Positions 1-13,700 of a stretch of 64,000 nt of DNA are shown here, in pieces. Made by a program: the position numbers and the translations under genes. The DNA is from Alphaproteobacteria bacterium (GTDB lineage: Bacteria > Pseudomonadota > Alphaproteobacteria > RF32 > CAG-239). The stretch lies in NCBI GenBank assembly GCA_017528205.1, contig JAFXPE010000004.1, forward strand, positions 15,079 through 79,078. Reading direction: 5' to 3'. Below the pieces are notes generated by a model. The model was not told where the DNA came from and did no database searches. It worked only from the letters and a program-made list of their open reading frames with translations. Within the stretch, counting starts at the first letter, position 1, and each line of letters begins with the position of its first letter.

Positions 1-360
1 AACTTAAACTCGGACACCAATTATCAAACAGATACCCAAAAAGATTATGTAACAATAAAAATAGACGGCGGGGATTGGCATACCGGCGATATGGTCAAAG
101 GAGGTTCACAACTGTTTCGTCTGACCGGCATTGCCACAAAAGGCAGAGAACCTTTCACAGTGCATCAAGGTAAAACGGTATTAAGTGATGAATGGCAAAA
201 TATCGTTACGGCAACTTATGACTATCTGTTCGGCAAAGGCTATATGGAACGCAATCCGTTACGTCAGAAGAGAAGGAAAACGGCCAAAATACTGAATATT
301 GAGCCATCTAACGATATATTAACCAACGCGGTTGTATCTAATTTAACAAAAACAAAATAG
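1..360 (+). CDS. 3'-end of a CDS that begins upstream of the window; hypothetical protein. The frame is open from nt 1 with no stop.
   Basis: The frame containing ORF 91..360 stays open back to nt 1 (NLNSDTNYQTDTQKDYVTIKIDGGDWHTGD-MVKGG...). The next gene starts 10 nt downstream with an AGGAG-like RBS. Confidence 0.35.
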   Translation, partial: NLNSDTNYQTDTQKDYVTIKIDGGDWHTGDMVKGGSQLFRLTGIATKGREPFTVHQGKTVLSDEWQNIVTATYDYLFGKGYMERNPLRQKRRKTAKILNIEPSNDILTNAVVSNLTKTK

Positions 361-369
361 GAGCAAATC

Positions 370-1296
370 ATGCGGATCTATAAAGAAAACATCAATATCG
401 GTCAAACCCCGATGGGAAATGAGTTAAGTATTCTCAAATATACCATAGACAGTGGTAATTCTGGTAAAACAATTTATATTCAAAGTGGTACACATGGCGG
501 AGAAATTACTCAATGGGTTTTACATGAATTATTCAGCTATCTCCAAAACAACTTAAAACGAGGAAAAGTAATTTTAGTGCCTAATGCCAATCCAGTATCT
601 TGGTTACAGCGGAATTATTTTTCCACCAACGGCAAATTTGATATGTACATGGGAAAAGATTGGAACCGTAATTTTCCGGGAAATGAGCAAGGTTCGCTCG
701 GAGAACGTATAGCCTCTGTATTATTTGCACAAGTCCGTCAGGCTGATTTTGTTTTAGATTTACACACATCACGTCTGAGTTTGCCTTTTTCAATCCACTT
801 TAACAAAGAAATGCGGAAATATGCCGAAGTTTTTGGTCTTGAATATAATCAATTTATTGATACAACAATAAAAACATCTTATAAAGATACCATAAATGCT
901 TCTTTATTTGCAGTCGATGTACCGAGTTTGTGCATAGAGTGCGGCAGTCATGATGCTTATGAACCGGAAAATATCAATCTTGCGCTTGATGGTATAAAAC
1001 GGATTTTGCAACACTTTAACCAGATTGAAGATATTTCTGTTGCACAGATTTGTAAAAAGCAAATTTTCTATGATAAAACCATAACATATTATGCCCAAAC
1101 CGGAGCACTGCTTCGTTTCAAGAAAAATTTGGGAGATATAGTGCATATCGGTGATGAACTGTATGAAATATATGACAACAATGATTTGGGTAAAAAGCAA
1201 ATAGTGTTTGCAAAGCATAATGGCATCTTATTTAAAATCTCTCCTACCCATATCTACTGGAGTGGCGATGAGATTCTGCAACTGATAAACACTTAA
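370..1296 (+). CDS. Succinylglutamate desuccinylase/aspartoacylase-family (M14-like zinc deacylase) protein
   Basis: The H-x-x-E zinc motif context (GTHGGEITQW), then ...DWNRNFPG... and ...DLHTS... in the order typical of the AstE/AspA family. An RBS (aggag) precedes the ATG. Confidence 0.55.
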   Translation: MRIYKENINIGQTPMGNELSILKYTIDSGNSGKTIYIQSGTHGGEITQWVLHELFSYLQNNLKRGKVILVPNANPVSWLQRNYFSTNGKFDMYMGKDWNRNFPGNEQGSLGERIASVLFAQVRQADFVLDLHTSRLSLPFSIHFNKEMRKYAEVFGLEYNQFIDTTIKTSYKDTINASLFAVDVPSLCIECGSHDAYEPENINLALDGIKRILQHFNQIEDISVAQICKKQIFYDKTITYYAQTGALLRFKKNLGDIVHIGDELYEIYDNNDLGKKQIVFAKHNGILFKISPTHIYWSGDEILQLINT

Positions 1297-1348
1297 CCGG
1301 TTTGTTTTAAGTTAATCCTGTATGGTATAGCCAGTCATAGCAGATAAG

Positions 1349-1372
1349 CCACCTTTTGAGGTGGTTTTTTTC
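1349..1372 (+). terminator. Rho-independent terminator (ccacct-tttg-aggtgg followed by T7)
   Basis: A perfect 6-bp GC-rich stem and a 4-nt loop, followed by a run of 7 T's, directly after the stop of the 370..1296 gene. Confidence 0.5.
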
Positions 1373-1738
1373 TTTATTTTGCAAGGCTTTCGGCTGGTCC
1401 GTGTTGTTCGCATCAAAAAACAGCCTTCCCGACAATTTACACGGACCAATTATAATGACTATCCTTATTTTTCAAGCATTTATGAAATTTCAGCTCCCAA
1501 ATGATATAAATCGGGATTTCGGGATAGCAACAACCTCATTTCCTTGAGGGAAAGAAGTTGTTTATTCAAAATGTGATATAAAATCTATATGTTTGCAGTA
1601 ACTATCTTTGAATTGCTCTTTATCAAAATTTCTGTTTTTTAAAACATCGTATGTATTGATTGCGTCATGCTGGAATAACCATACATCAGGACTGCTTATA
1701 TAGAATCTATCTACATTAGATTATAACATTAAGATTAC

Positions 1739-4700
1739 TCAGTTAGATGCCCATTGGTGGAATAAGCCCTTGTTCATGTAGCGCTCGGTAATCTTTGTTG
1801 CCACAGACCTTGGCAAGTCAAGGAACATAACCTGTGCAATACCGTTTTCAGCTTTAATAACTTTGCATTTAGCTACCACATCAACACCGTCAAATGCTAT
1901 GGAAAATTCCATCTTATCTCCGACTTTCCAATGATTTTCGTTAACAATGGTAGCACCCTCCCTATGCAATCTTAAGATTTTTACGCTCGATTTCAGGTCT
2001 TTATCGCCCGTAACATCATAACCGTAACCCATATTGTTGTTTAAGGCATAATCAACTTCCGGTTCGTTAGAGTTCGCCGGAATCAAATCACTTAAGTCAT
2101 TTTCATCCATAAATTCTCTGCCGAATATAAGACCGTTATTGGTTTCGTTGCCCAGGCTGTAGGTGGTCAAATTCCCGTCTCTGAGTATAATCTGGCCGGC
2201 CATAATCAAGTTACCGAACACATCTTGTTGATTTAGGCTCAGATTGCCTTTATCTATATGAATTTGAGAACCTTTTGCCAACAATAAATCGCCTTCACGG
2301 GCTGTCATTGAAACATCTCCGTCGACGCTGTGTATTTTGCCGAAAAGAGATATTCCGTCAGAGCCGTATAAGTTGGTGTTACCTTTTTTATTGGTAATAT
2401 TGCCGTAAATATTCAGCGCTCCGTTTTGAGTGTTGGCAATATCAATCAGTCCGCCGGCCGTTATTGCATCGTATGTTTGATGTTTGGCTATATCAATGCC
2501 GTTCTTTGCTTTCACGGTCAATTCACCGTCTTCTGACGGAGTGCCGATCTTAGCGTCAATACCATTGACTATCTTACCGTTTAGGGCAACTTTGCCTTCT
2601 GATATAATGTCGGTCTTGGCCTTAATAGCTTTCTGTGTGGTTAAATTTGCCTTTGAGGTTGCTCCGCCTTCAACGGAATATGCGCCGTCAATTGACGTAT
2701 TGGCTATATCACCCACAATCAAAGGTTTATCGGTTTCGTTATTTATTTCTATAGTCTGAGGACCGGTAGAAACAGTCATTACGCCTTTAACCGTGCCTTT
2801 GTTTGCCACGATTTTGATACCGTTGTCGGCCTCAAGTTCCGGTAAGTTGTATACATATATCTGACCGTTTTTATAAATGGCCTTGATATTTCCTTTTATC
2901 ACGCCGTCGTTTAAGTTCGGGCTTAACCGGTTTCCGCCCAAGTCGAGGAGATTTTTTTCACCGGTTGTCGGATCAACAATCAGATTTTCTTCTTTCAGCA
3001 TATTATCCGTGATTTTAATGCCTCGCAAAGAATATCCTGTCTGAATATTTGAACCCGATTTAATATCAACTTCATCAGCAGTTATATTCAGACCGTCGGC
3101 AGCAAAAATTTTACTGCCTGCATTCAGCGTGAATTTTGCATTATTTTCATCATTATGTGTTTCAATGTCAATCTGTCCGTTTGTTGCAAACAAATTCAAA
3201 TTGCCCGTATCTATATTGCTGCTTTGAATAGCAATATTACCGCTTTCGTTAAGGATATTCAGCACTCCGGTATTTATGTCTCCGTTAATCGTAATATCCG
3301 ATGCAATGGTCGAATTCGGAATATCAAGCGTATCGGCAAGCGGGTGATTATTGTCGTAATAATTGTTTATGGTTGTTCCGACAAATTTCGTATTGCTTAC
3401 GGTAAAGTGAACACCTGTTGTCGGAAGACTGTCAAATGAAGGGCGTTCATTATTCTGCTTCCATATACTTGAACTGCCATAGAAATATTCATTTGCCTTC
3501 TGCCCGCTTATTGCCTGCGGTTTATTGGCAAATTCGGTTTGCTCCTTATCATTAATAATCAAACTGCTATTTGCGGTTTCCGTGTTGATGTTTATGTCGT
3601 TAAATACCAGTGAACGAGTAGAATAATTATCTATTTGCAAACCGGATTTGGCTATATCAAATACCCCGTTACCCGTGATATTTGCATTGGTTAACCCGTG
3701 AACATTTATCTCGGCACCGTTAGGATTGATACGAATATCATTGAAGACCAGCGAATAATCTTCACCGGAATAACTGTATTCATCAGCCGGTGTTTCCCAT
3801 ATGGCATTATATTCGGCCGTAAGTTTTGCTCTTTCGTCTCGCAAATCCTCCAACAGGGCTGTACCATTGGCTTTTATGTATTGAATTGATTTAATTTGGT
3901 TTGCAATATCTTCTATTTTGCTGTTCAAATCAAGCATATTCTTGCAAGATTGAGCCGCACCTTCTCCGGTTGGGTTTAGGGCGGCAAGGTAGGTTATACC
4001 GTCTTTACCGATATATTTTGCAAAGCCGTGTAGCGTAATCGACAGTCTGCTCTTAACATCGTTGTATCCTTTTACAATATTGTTTTTCTGGGCATTTGAA
4101 AAGCCATAATCAGATGCGTTCAAAAACTCCGCCATTGTGAGATTTGGATTATTGTTAAGCGCAGTGGTATAATCCTGCATCAGCGTATTGTATTCTGCCT
4201 GGGTTATTTTGCCGGCATATCCCGGATCTGTATTGGTTTGTCGGACACACCCCATGTCTTTTTGCATTTTCAAATCAAAAGCACTAATTCCGGCATAAAT
4301 TCCGCTGTTACCGGTTTTGGACTCAAGCAAAACCGCACCGTTTTCGATAAAAGCGGTAAGCTCATTAAGGGTTGCCTCGGCATCGGCTTTTTGCTGATTA
4401 AGCTTGGCGACCAGAGTATTATAATTTGCTATTGTATTTTCATACTCGTTAATCGTTCCGTTAACATTTTCCAATTCAATATCAATCTCGGACAGTTTTT
4501 GTTCCTTTATCTTTGCGCCGTCAATTATTGCGCCGTCATTTAAGATATAATCGCCGTCATGGAAACCTTTCAAAGTTGTCTTATCAACAGAGCCGTCACG
4601 GTTGATTTTCATGTATTTTGAATTATTTACAGCGGCCGTAATTTTGCCGTTATTATTCAGGTTATGCTTGCTGCTCAAATCATATTTTGACGATTGACCG

Positions 4701-7700
4701 CTATCTGTTATAACTCCCCAACCGCTTTTGGTTACCCAATAAATTACGGAATTGGTTTCGCCTATACCGTTTGAATAGTTAATATCAATATCTTTGCCCG
4801 ATGTAATATCAGCATTCGCTTTGTTATCGAGTTTATTATTAATTGTTCTGGTTAATTTGCCGTCTTCTGCGGTAGTCGCAATTGCAGCTCGGCTCACGGC
4901 TTGGGCAAACTGAGTTAACGTGTTTGTCGAACTGTTCATGAAATTAATATCCATCAAATTACCGGCTTGCAGAGTTCCGCTGTTTTCCAGCGTGTTGTTA
5001 ATCGTCAAATTAAGATATGATTTTGCCACAGGTTCACCTCCGATATTTACCACATCGGAAACCACGCGTGACACCAAGGTATTCGAGGAATTAAAATCAA
5101 TTTCAAGTTCATTATTTGCCAATATTGTTGATTTGTTGTCGATGGTAATTTTGTTGTTATTGGTTACATTCAAGTTTGATGTTCCTTTGGCTACGGAAAC
5201 AAATCCGTCTGCCTCATTTTCTATTTTTTGTTTGAAGTACGAACCGGTAATCGCTTCAAGAACCGCATTGTGTGTTGCTTCCAATGCCGAATTTTGAATA
5301 TTTATCTCACTTGTATTCGTAATGTTATTGGTAACGTTGATAGCTCCGATGGCCACAAAACCTCCCGTATCCCCCGTGTAACTTATATCTTTCAAATCCT
5401 TTGCGGTTACGCTGGAATCTGCCTGCAATTTCAAATCTTTTGCTTTTATGTTTGAATTTTTAATATTTATTTTGGCTGTGGACGAATAACTATTATTTGC
5501 CTTGTCGCCCACATACGAAATAAATAATCCGCCACCGGCATTTGAAGCGTTATCTTCAATAGCGGTTGTGTCCTGAGTGAGCATACTAAAGTCAGATTGC
5601 GAATTAACATCGGCGTTTTCAATATTTGTTTCGGTTGAGGTATTAAATGTTGAGGTTGCAGAAGTATCCGAGACATTGATAAATCCGCCCGAACCGTCGG
5701 TAGTTTTTACCTGATAAGTGTTAATGGACCTGTTATTTATGAAAAATCTGTTTTTGTCTTGTTTATCATCTGTTTTTAAATTGGTAAGATTTAGGATTGA
5801 TTTTCCTTTAAGGGTATTAGACATACCTGTATCGGCAATATTAATAAGTCCGCCGGTTCCCGATGTTTTATCAAGTTTAGCGTTTCTTATTGTGTCGATA
5901 TTGATATTGATGTTATTATCCTTAACATTGAAGTTACCGCCGATATTGGCAAAGGTGTCGGCTTCCATATCGCTGTCAACTCTTATTCTTGAACCGGCAA
6001 CCAACAACCCGAGATTAAATGCCTTTAAGTCCGCTTCTGTGGTAGCGTTATGCTTTAAGTTGATGTGAGACGGAGTAATAATGGTATTATTACCGCCGAC
6101 ATCGAGTGTCATCTTGCTTTTATCGGTTGCTGCGGCCGCAACTGCATACACTCCGGCTACGGTTACCTTTGTGCCGTTGGCATCGGCTTTGGCTTTGGAA
6201 TTCAGATATTGATCTAGATTCAGCTTGTTTGAAGTATGGTTTTTAACCTTTAATACGGTAGCTGACGTCGCATTGGTTTCGGCATGGGCGAATGTTCCGG
6301 TATATATTCCCGCAAGTTGAACGGAAACATCGTGCGTTCTGCCGTATGCCGACACATCTTTTTGATTGTTTCCTCTGGCGGTTATAATATTGGTTGTGCC
6401 CGTATTTTTCAAAGTGAGTCCGTCTAAACTGTCAATACCGGATTTGAAATAAGCGTTCATAAATGCACCGGAATCATTATATTCGGCAACGCTTATGGCC
6501 TTAACCGAAACAATGTTTGACCTTGCGGTTACGCTCATATTGTCGTAATCGGTTATGATATCAAGACCGTTTGTCTTGATTGCTCCGTTAACATTTTCAA
6601 TAATCGCTTTAGATATTGTATTGGCGGTTGCATCGTTTTTCATAACCGAAACAAGGCTTGCGCCGGCAATCGGAACCGACAGTTTCAGCGATTGCAAATC
6701 CGTATCAACCGTTGAATGAAGGATTAATTTATCCTTGGCATTAATATTGGTATTGCCGGTGATAAGCGAAACCGTTTTATTGGTATCGTTCGCTTCAACC
6801 AAATCCACATTTACCACACTGCCGATAGCACCTGCAATATGAGTGGTATCAATTGTTGCATGGCTCTTTGATTTTGAATTAACACCTATGCTGTGGGCAT
6901 TAACCGTTGCATCTCTAATCTGCGCCAATGTTTCGGAAGAATTCTCGTATATATCCGAACCGCCGGAAACTTGCAAGCCTGACACCTCCGCTCTCATATT
7001 CGTCATTTTAACCTTTGAAGCTGATTCGGCTTTCAGCGCAACATCGCCGTCGGTGCTTTCAACTTTTCCGCCTTTGATTTCCGCAATGGTATTATTGGCT
7101 ATTTGCACATCTCTGACTCCGACGCTGGCCGAACCAAGCGCTCCGACCAAAGTGAAGCTATTTAAATCCAACTCATCGGTCAGAACATCTTTTCCGTTCT
7201 GTTTAGCCAAACCTCTTATGCGGCTTTTAGCGTTGATATTGGTATCAAGTGCGGTCTTAATATTACCGTTGACGCTTGAAATTGCACCGGTTTGCAGATT
7301 GTTGCTTGGTGTCGTCGGTGTTGGTAAGCCTTGCGGAATCATTGAAAAGGCCGTATTCAGATACTTCTTAACATCGCTGACTTGCTCGGCCTTAGAATAT
7401 GTATTTGTCTTCTGACCGATTTTTATGACCTGAACATCAATCGGAACCGCCGCCAGTCCTAAGGATAAATCTACCTGCGTGTTATCAAGTGCATTGGTAA
7501 GTTCCGAATTCATATTTACGGAACCGGCGTTAACTTGTCCGGCGGTTGCCGACAAAATCTCTGATTTTACCAGATTGTTTGCGTTGTATAAATTGATATT
7601 CAAACCGACGGTTCCACCCAAACCGGCAAGACTTCCCATAACAACGCTGTTTCTTGCTGCCGCCGTATCATTTGATTTTACATCTAAATTGCGCTCAACA

Positions 7701-10700
7701 TTCAATGTCTTTGATTTGGTGTCAACATAAGAACGTGTTGTTGAGTTAATATCATTAACCAAGGCGTTTGCCGCCAAACCCGCACCCTGACCGGTAACAA
7801 TCAGACCGAAGTTGATGTTGTTTGTTCGTCTGTCTGAATTTGCTATAACTTCAAGAGAGCCTATCTCTGCGGATTTTGTATTATCAACATATGATGTTAC
7901 GGAATTTGTAAAATCATTTTTAATCACATTGACAATGGCGCTGGCTCCCTGTCCGGCAAGAGCGGCGGCAATGGCATTATTGTCGAAGCTGTCGGTTTTA
8001 TCCTTATTGGTATTGATGCTGATAACGTCGGCATTTTCAATTTCAGAGTTCTTTATTCCGGCTTCAAGGGTTGTATCAACATTGTTTAATAAGGCATTGA
8101 CCGTAATACTTGCGCCCTGTGCCGCGGCACTTCCGCCCACAACCCAGTTATTGGCATTAATGACCGAATTGGCATCAATATCTATGTTTTGCTTTGTATC
8201 TATCACCGCATTATCAATATAAGATTTGATATTGCCCGTATAGTCATTCTTAATGGCAACCCCAACACCGGCAAAACCTTTGGCCACACCGGCAACACCG
8301 GCCGAAACATCTAAAGAGTCAATTTTGCTTTGTGCCTTCAGGGCAATCGCCGCATCTTTGAGGTTAGCCTTTTTGACAGCGGCTTCAACCGTGGCATCAT
8401 AGGTGTTAACAATCGGATTGACATCAAGAACCATATTTGATGCGCCGCCGCCCGAGACCACAATGTGCGCGGCATTTATGTCCTCATTTGCATTAAGATT
8501 GATATTTCCGGCATAAATTTCTTTATTTTTTGTTTGGTTATCAATTACTGCAAAAACCTTATCTTCAACATTATTTATGGCAATATTGGCGTTAATAGAG
8601 CCTTTTATGGCGCCCGAACCGGTAATCAATATTTGATGATTATCTTTTTTGTTGGCGGCATCTAGCGTAAGATTACGCAGTATATCAAGCTCCGAACCGT
8701 TACCGATTAAAGCGCTGGTCGTCGATTTATCTTTGGTATAAAGCACCGACAAACCGGCCGCACCTTTGAGCGAACCGCTGATTGTGCCGGCAATGATATT
8801 TTTGATTGAATAGTCATCAGCCAAAACATATAAGTTATCGGCCTTAATTGCGGAATTGGAAATCTCTGCGGTTACAAAATTTGCAATAACTTTGCCGATA
8901 CCGGCACCGGCCACGGCGATATTTGAGCCGCCGGCAACATCAAAAAACATATTCCAGTTCACAAAATCACTGTCTTGGTCTAAGGCAACACCGTTTTTCA
9001 TTTGCAAACCGTCATACAAACCGCTGGTATCTTTGTGAAGCAATTTTTCTCGGTATTCTTTACTTGTTACATCATCTCTTGAGTATTGATTATTATCATT
9101 TTTGGTACCGCCCAACGAATTAACGGAAGCAGCCGTTGCGGTAACATCACCGCGAGCATTAACATCGGCATCGATTATTTTTGCTTCAACGTTTTTAGTC
9201 AGCTTATCAACATTCACCGAACCCGCAATTACTGTTGCAGCTTCTTGGCTTGCGGCCGCGCTGACAGTTGCCCCACGCGTGTAAATTGTTGTTTCATCAT
9301 ATGCGGCAACATTAAGGCCGTTTATAAAGTTAGTGCTTCTGCCAATTCCGAAATTACCCGAAACATATGCTTTTACGGCATTATCAACCAAGTTAACATT
9401 AACGTTGGCGGCCGCCATTAAATATGAACCGCCGGTTGAAACGGCCGCGCCGGCCAAAATGTTATTGACCTTTTCGGTTGACGTTGCCGCAACATTTATA
9501 TCTTTTGCCCGCAAAATATCGGTTTGTTGATCGGTTACAGGAACCAAATTGGCGCCAACCTTATATGAATCGCCGATTTCTGCCGTTACATCGTTTGCAA
9601 ATAAATTGATAACAACATCTCCGTTAACCCCGGCTCCGCTACCGGTCGTTAAAATATCAATCGTACCCGCGGCATCAAGGTTATTACTGTTTGAATTTGC
9701 TTTAACCGTAATGTCTTTCTTTGCCGTTATGGTTGAGCCCATAATTTTGGCTTTAACCGTGTCATGAACATAGTTGATATCGGCGCTGCCGTCAAAAGCC
9801 CAACCTGTTTCGGCACCGGTAACCAAAGAACCGGCAATTGCAAAATCGTTCATATTGTTATCGGCATCGGCCAAAACACTTAAATTGTTTATATTTTCCA
9901 AGGTTGAATTGGCAATATAGGCGGATATATTATTTTTGATATTATTATAATTAACGGCAGCTCCAGCACCAACACCATTTGAACCGTTTCCCGACAGATA
10001 AGCTCCGCCGCCGGCAATATTATAAACATCTACTTTATTTTTGGCCTTTATATCAACATCAACATTTTTGGCATAATCGTCAGTCCCAATGGAGGAATTT
10101 TCAATTGCCGCCACAATTTCCGGTTCTAACGTATTAATATTCAAGGAACCTCCGACAGCTGATTGAAAACCTTTATTTTCTTCATCACTGTTGACAGAAG
10201 CGCCGGCACCGATTGAAATATTAAGTAGCCAATTCTTGTTATCGGCATTCAAAACCAATTGGGAATTGCTGTCCGCAAATTCAATATCCGAATTGTTGAT
10301 TAGGGATTTTACCGAACCGGATTGGTTATTGTATGCAACAGCGGCACCGGCACCGTTTTTGTTTGACTTTGCAACTGCCCCGCCGAGCAGAATATTTTTT
10401 ACCCCCCTCACAGCATTAATTTCTAAGTCTTTTCCGATAGTTAATTCAGAATCATTAACCGAAGCTTCAACTTTTGTATCATCTTGTGTAACATCAACCG
10501 CTCCGGCAACGGAAAGAGAAAACTGGTCTAATATTTTATCTATAATACTATCATCATCGTCATCTTCGTTGTTATTATTTTTTTTCTTTTTCAGTAATTC
10601 CCTAAAATAGGTTTCATCATCGACACTTTCGTCATCATCATCATCTTTAGGCGCCTCCGATATGGAATTATCAACAGATTTATTATCTGCTTTATCTTGG

Positions 10701-13700
10701 GCATTATCCATATTTTGCGGAACATCTCCGGCATCTTGCTGCTTTTGCTTTACTCCTCCCGAAAATGCAGCGGCGCCTTCAATATCAACTTTCTGATTAT
10801 AAGTAGTGGCATTAACGGCCAAATTTGTTGCCTCAATGTCAGAATTTTCTATGCTTGCTCTGACATTTCGGTCAATTGAGGTTGTGTTTACACTTGCGCC
10901 AACGGCTATGCCTGAAGAACTTTGTTCGCCGTCTTCAACCTCTTCTTTTTGTTGCGCCAAGGAACCCTGAACAATTATATTGGTGATTTCATCTTTAGCT
11001 TCTCTTGGATAGGTTATTGCGGGATCAACTTGCTGTTCTTTTTCCTCCGGAGTTAACTCTCTTTGTTGTTTCCACTTTATCTCATCGGTTTTATCATCTC
11101 TTTTGAGGTTTCCACCGGTTGTTCTAATGGTTGCTTTTCCGGCATTTACTTCAATATTATCGGCAACAACCGTATGGTTGTCTTTAATATTTGATATCTT
11201 GGCAATGGTATCTCCGCTGATTTTTTGAATATGAATAGAGCCGTCAACCCCGATTTTTTCCGATTTACCGCCGGTTATAATGATGTTCATATACGACTGC
11301 TCGGTTGCACTGTCAACGTTTATATTGCCCTCTTCGGCTTTAACCGTTGAGTTATCAATCATGGCTGTTGCATGATTGGTATAGTTATCAAACACAAAAT
11401 TGGCTCCGATACCGGCTTTGCCGCCCTCAACAGTCGGCTCATATTCCCAATCTTGTTGCCCCGGAAGTTTATAGTTGAGTTTTTTTATTAAAATATCAAC
11501 GAGTCCGGCGCCGTTATATCCGATAACCGAATTAACCGCATTAACAACAACATCGCCGTCTACCGTGATATCGGAATTGTTTTGAATGGCCGCTATGGTA
11601 TTGGTATTAACCTCGTTATACACCACCGCCGCCGAAGCCGATGCGGTGCCGCCAACCGAATTTGTTTGGGCAAGGTTATTAAAGAAACCCGCCATTTTGA
11701 ATTTCGGTTTCAGTCCGGAATAACTTGCTATAATATTTTGTTCGGCTAATCCGGATACTTCAAAAACAGGTGCTGTATCATCGGCTTTCGGTGTTGCCGG
11801 AGAAACGCTCCACTTTCCGTTAGCTTCGGAAGCAAATCTGCCGCCCACAAAAAAGCTGTCCATCCCCATAATCTTGAAAGGAAACCGCATTCCGAAAGTA
11901 AGACTTCCGACATTCATCGGCAGTTCGGTGGTTGCGTCGACCGTAACATTTTCCGCCTCAATTTTTGACTTATCGATAATCGCTTTTGTGGTATTGTTTT
12001 GTTCACTTAAAATAAGGGCAACCGAAACGCCGAACTTGGCCTCGCCTTGCGTATCCGATGTAGCGGTATTGGTAAGCAAATCAACCGCATTCGCTCTGAT
12101 GATTACATCACCGTCTGCCTTAACTTTAGAATTTTCAATGGTTGCGGTTGTATTATTATTGGTATTGTTGTGAACAACGGCACCGCCGAGTTCAAGCGCT
12201 GCATTGTCGCCTTCTTTGCCAACAACAGGTGTTTTGCCTTTTATTTTGTTGAATATATTAAGTTTGAAGAATTTACCTTGCAATTCCTTTAATTTTTTAT
12301 TCATTGCGGCATCAAAGGTTTTCGGTTTTTGCACCATCATATCAAGAACGCTGCCGTCGGGGGCGTTTTCGGTTTTATGCAAACTTTGCGCCAGAACGGT
12401 CGTATCTTCCGCGGTTGTAATTTCGCTGTCTTTTATACGAGCGGTTACGTTATTATTTGAACGATTTAATACAACGCCGGCCGAAGATGCACTGTTGGCG
12501 GCATCATCAGGTTTATTCGGGTCTTTTTCGCCGGCAACTGCTTCTATGGAAATTTCCGCGTAACTGTCGGATAAATTTGTGGCAAACACGCTCAAATTGT
12601 CAGCCTCAACCGTTGATTTTATGATTGATGCCTCGGTATCGGTTTTAACCGTATTGTTTAAGAACATCAAAAAGAAACCTTCTTCCAGCTTTATCGAAAA
12701 AAGGCTGTCCGAGGTGATAACCGTTGAATTTTCGTTTGTGGAAACGGCGGTTACATCAATATCGCCGTTAACAGCGTTCAAAACAGAATCTTTGACGATT
12801 GCTTTTGACACCGTTTCGGTGCCAACCGCGTAAATACCGACCGGCAATATAAAGGCCAGCAATCTGTTATTGGCATCTAAACTTGATGAAGCCTCGGTTG
12901 ATATTTCAATATTTTTAGCAGCATCTCCAACGGCATTAATGGTGGAACCTTCAACATTAACAATCGCCGAACTTTTGGCTCCCTCAAAATGTTTATAAAT
13001 CTCAGAACTGAAATATTCTGCAAAATAAGAATCTCCGCTGAATATGTAATCAATTATCGTCGGGGTTAAAAAGTTTGCATTTTCGCTGGTTTCACTTGAC
13101 GCTTCAGCATGAATGAAAACGGATAAATCAGGATTTTCCGCATCAGACGCGGTTGCTTTCAGGGCATTTATAATTGAATACCTTACATTTACTTCAGCTT
13201 CGGCTTTACCGGCCACTCCCCAAAGCGATGTTACCGGAGGGATATCGGAATCCGGCGATAAAACAAGATCTTCCAGAGTGTTGATAATAAATTCAACATC
13301 ATCAACCGGATTGGCGGCATCAAAATCCTTTTTCTGTGTGGCTGTTGCAACCAAAGAAACCGTATCTCCCGTTATATTGGAATTTACAACATTAACGCTG
13401 GCTTTTGCCAAATCCACTTTCTGTTGTCTGTCCACCTCTGAGTTTGCGGAAATATCAATTTCATTGGCAGCAATATCGGCCTGATTAATGTCCACTTTGG
13501 TTGTTAATTGTTTGTCATTTCCCGAATCAAAGCCATATCTTTTATTGGCTACAATCTTTATCTTTCCGCCTTCCAAGCTGAAACCGTCGGCATCGGTAAT
13601 ATTATTTGCTACCAAACTGTCAAAAACTTGTTTGGCTTGCTGCTGTGTCATAACCTTTTTTGGGTTCTTCACGCCGGCAACAATTCCGGCTCTGGAGCCG

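Noticed and set aside
1739-2010. Calling the TpsA C-terminal ~90 aa a PilZ (c-di-GMP binding) domain
   Set aside because: An RxxR-like element (RLHRE) is present, but the D-x-S-x-x-G half of the PilZ signature is not. The resemblance is too weak to annotate, so it is kept only as an unclassified distinct domain.
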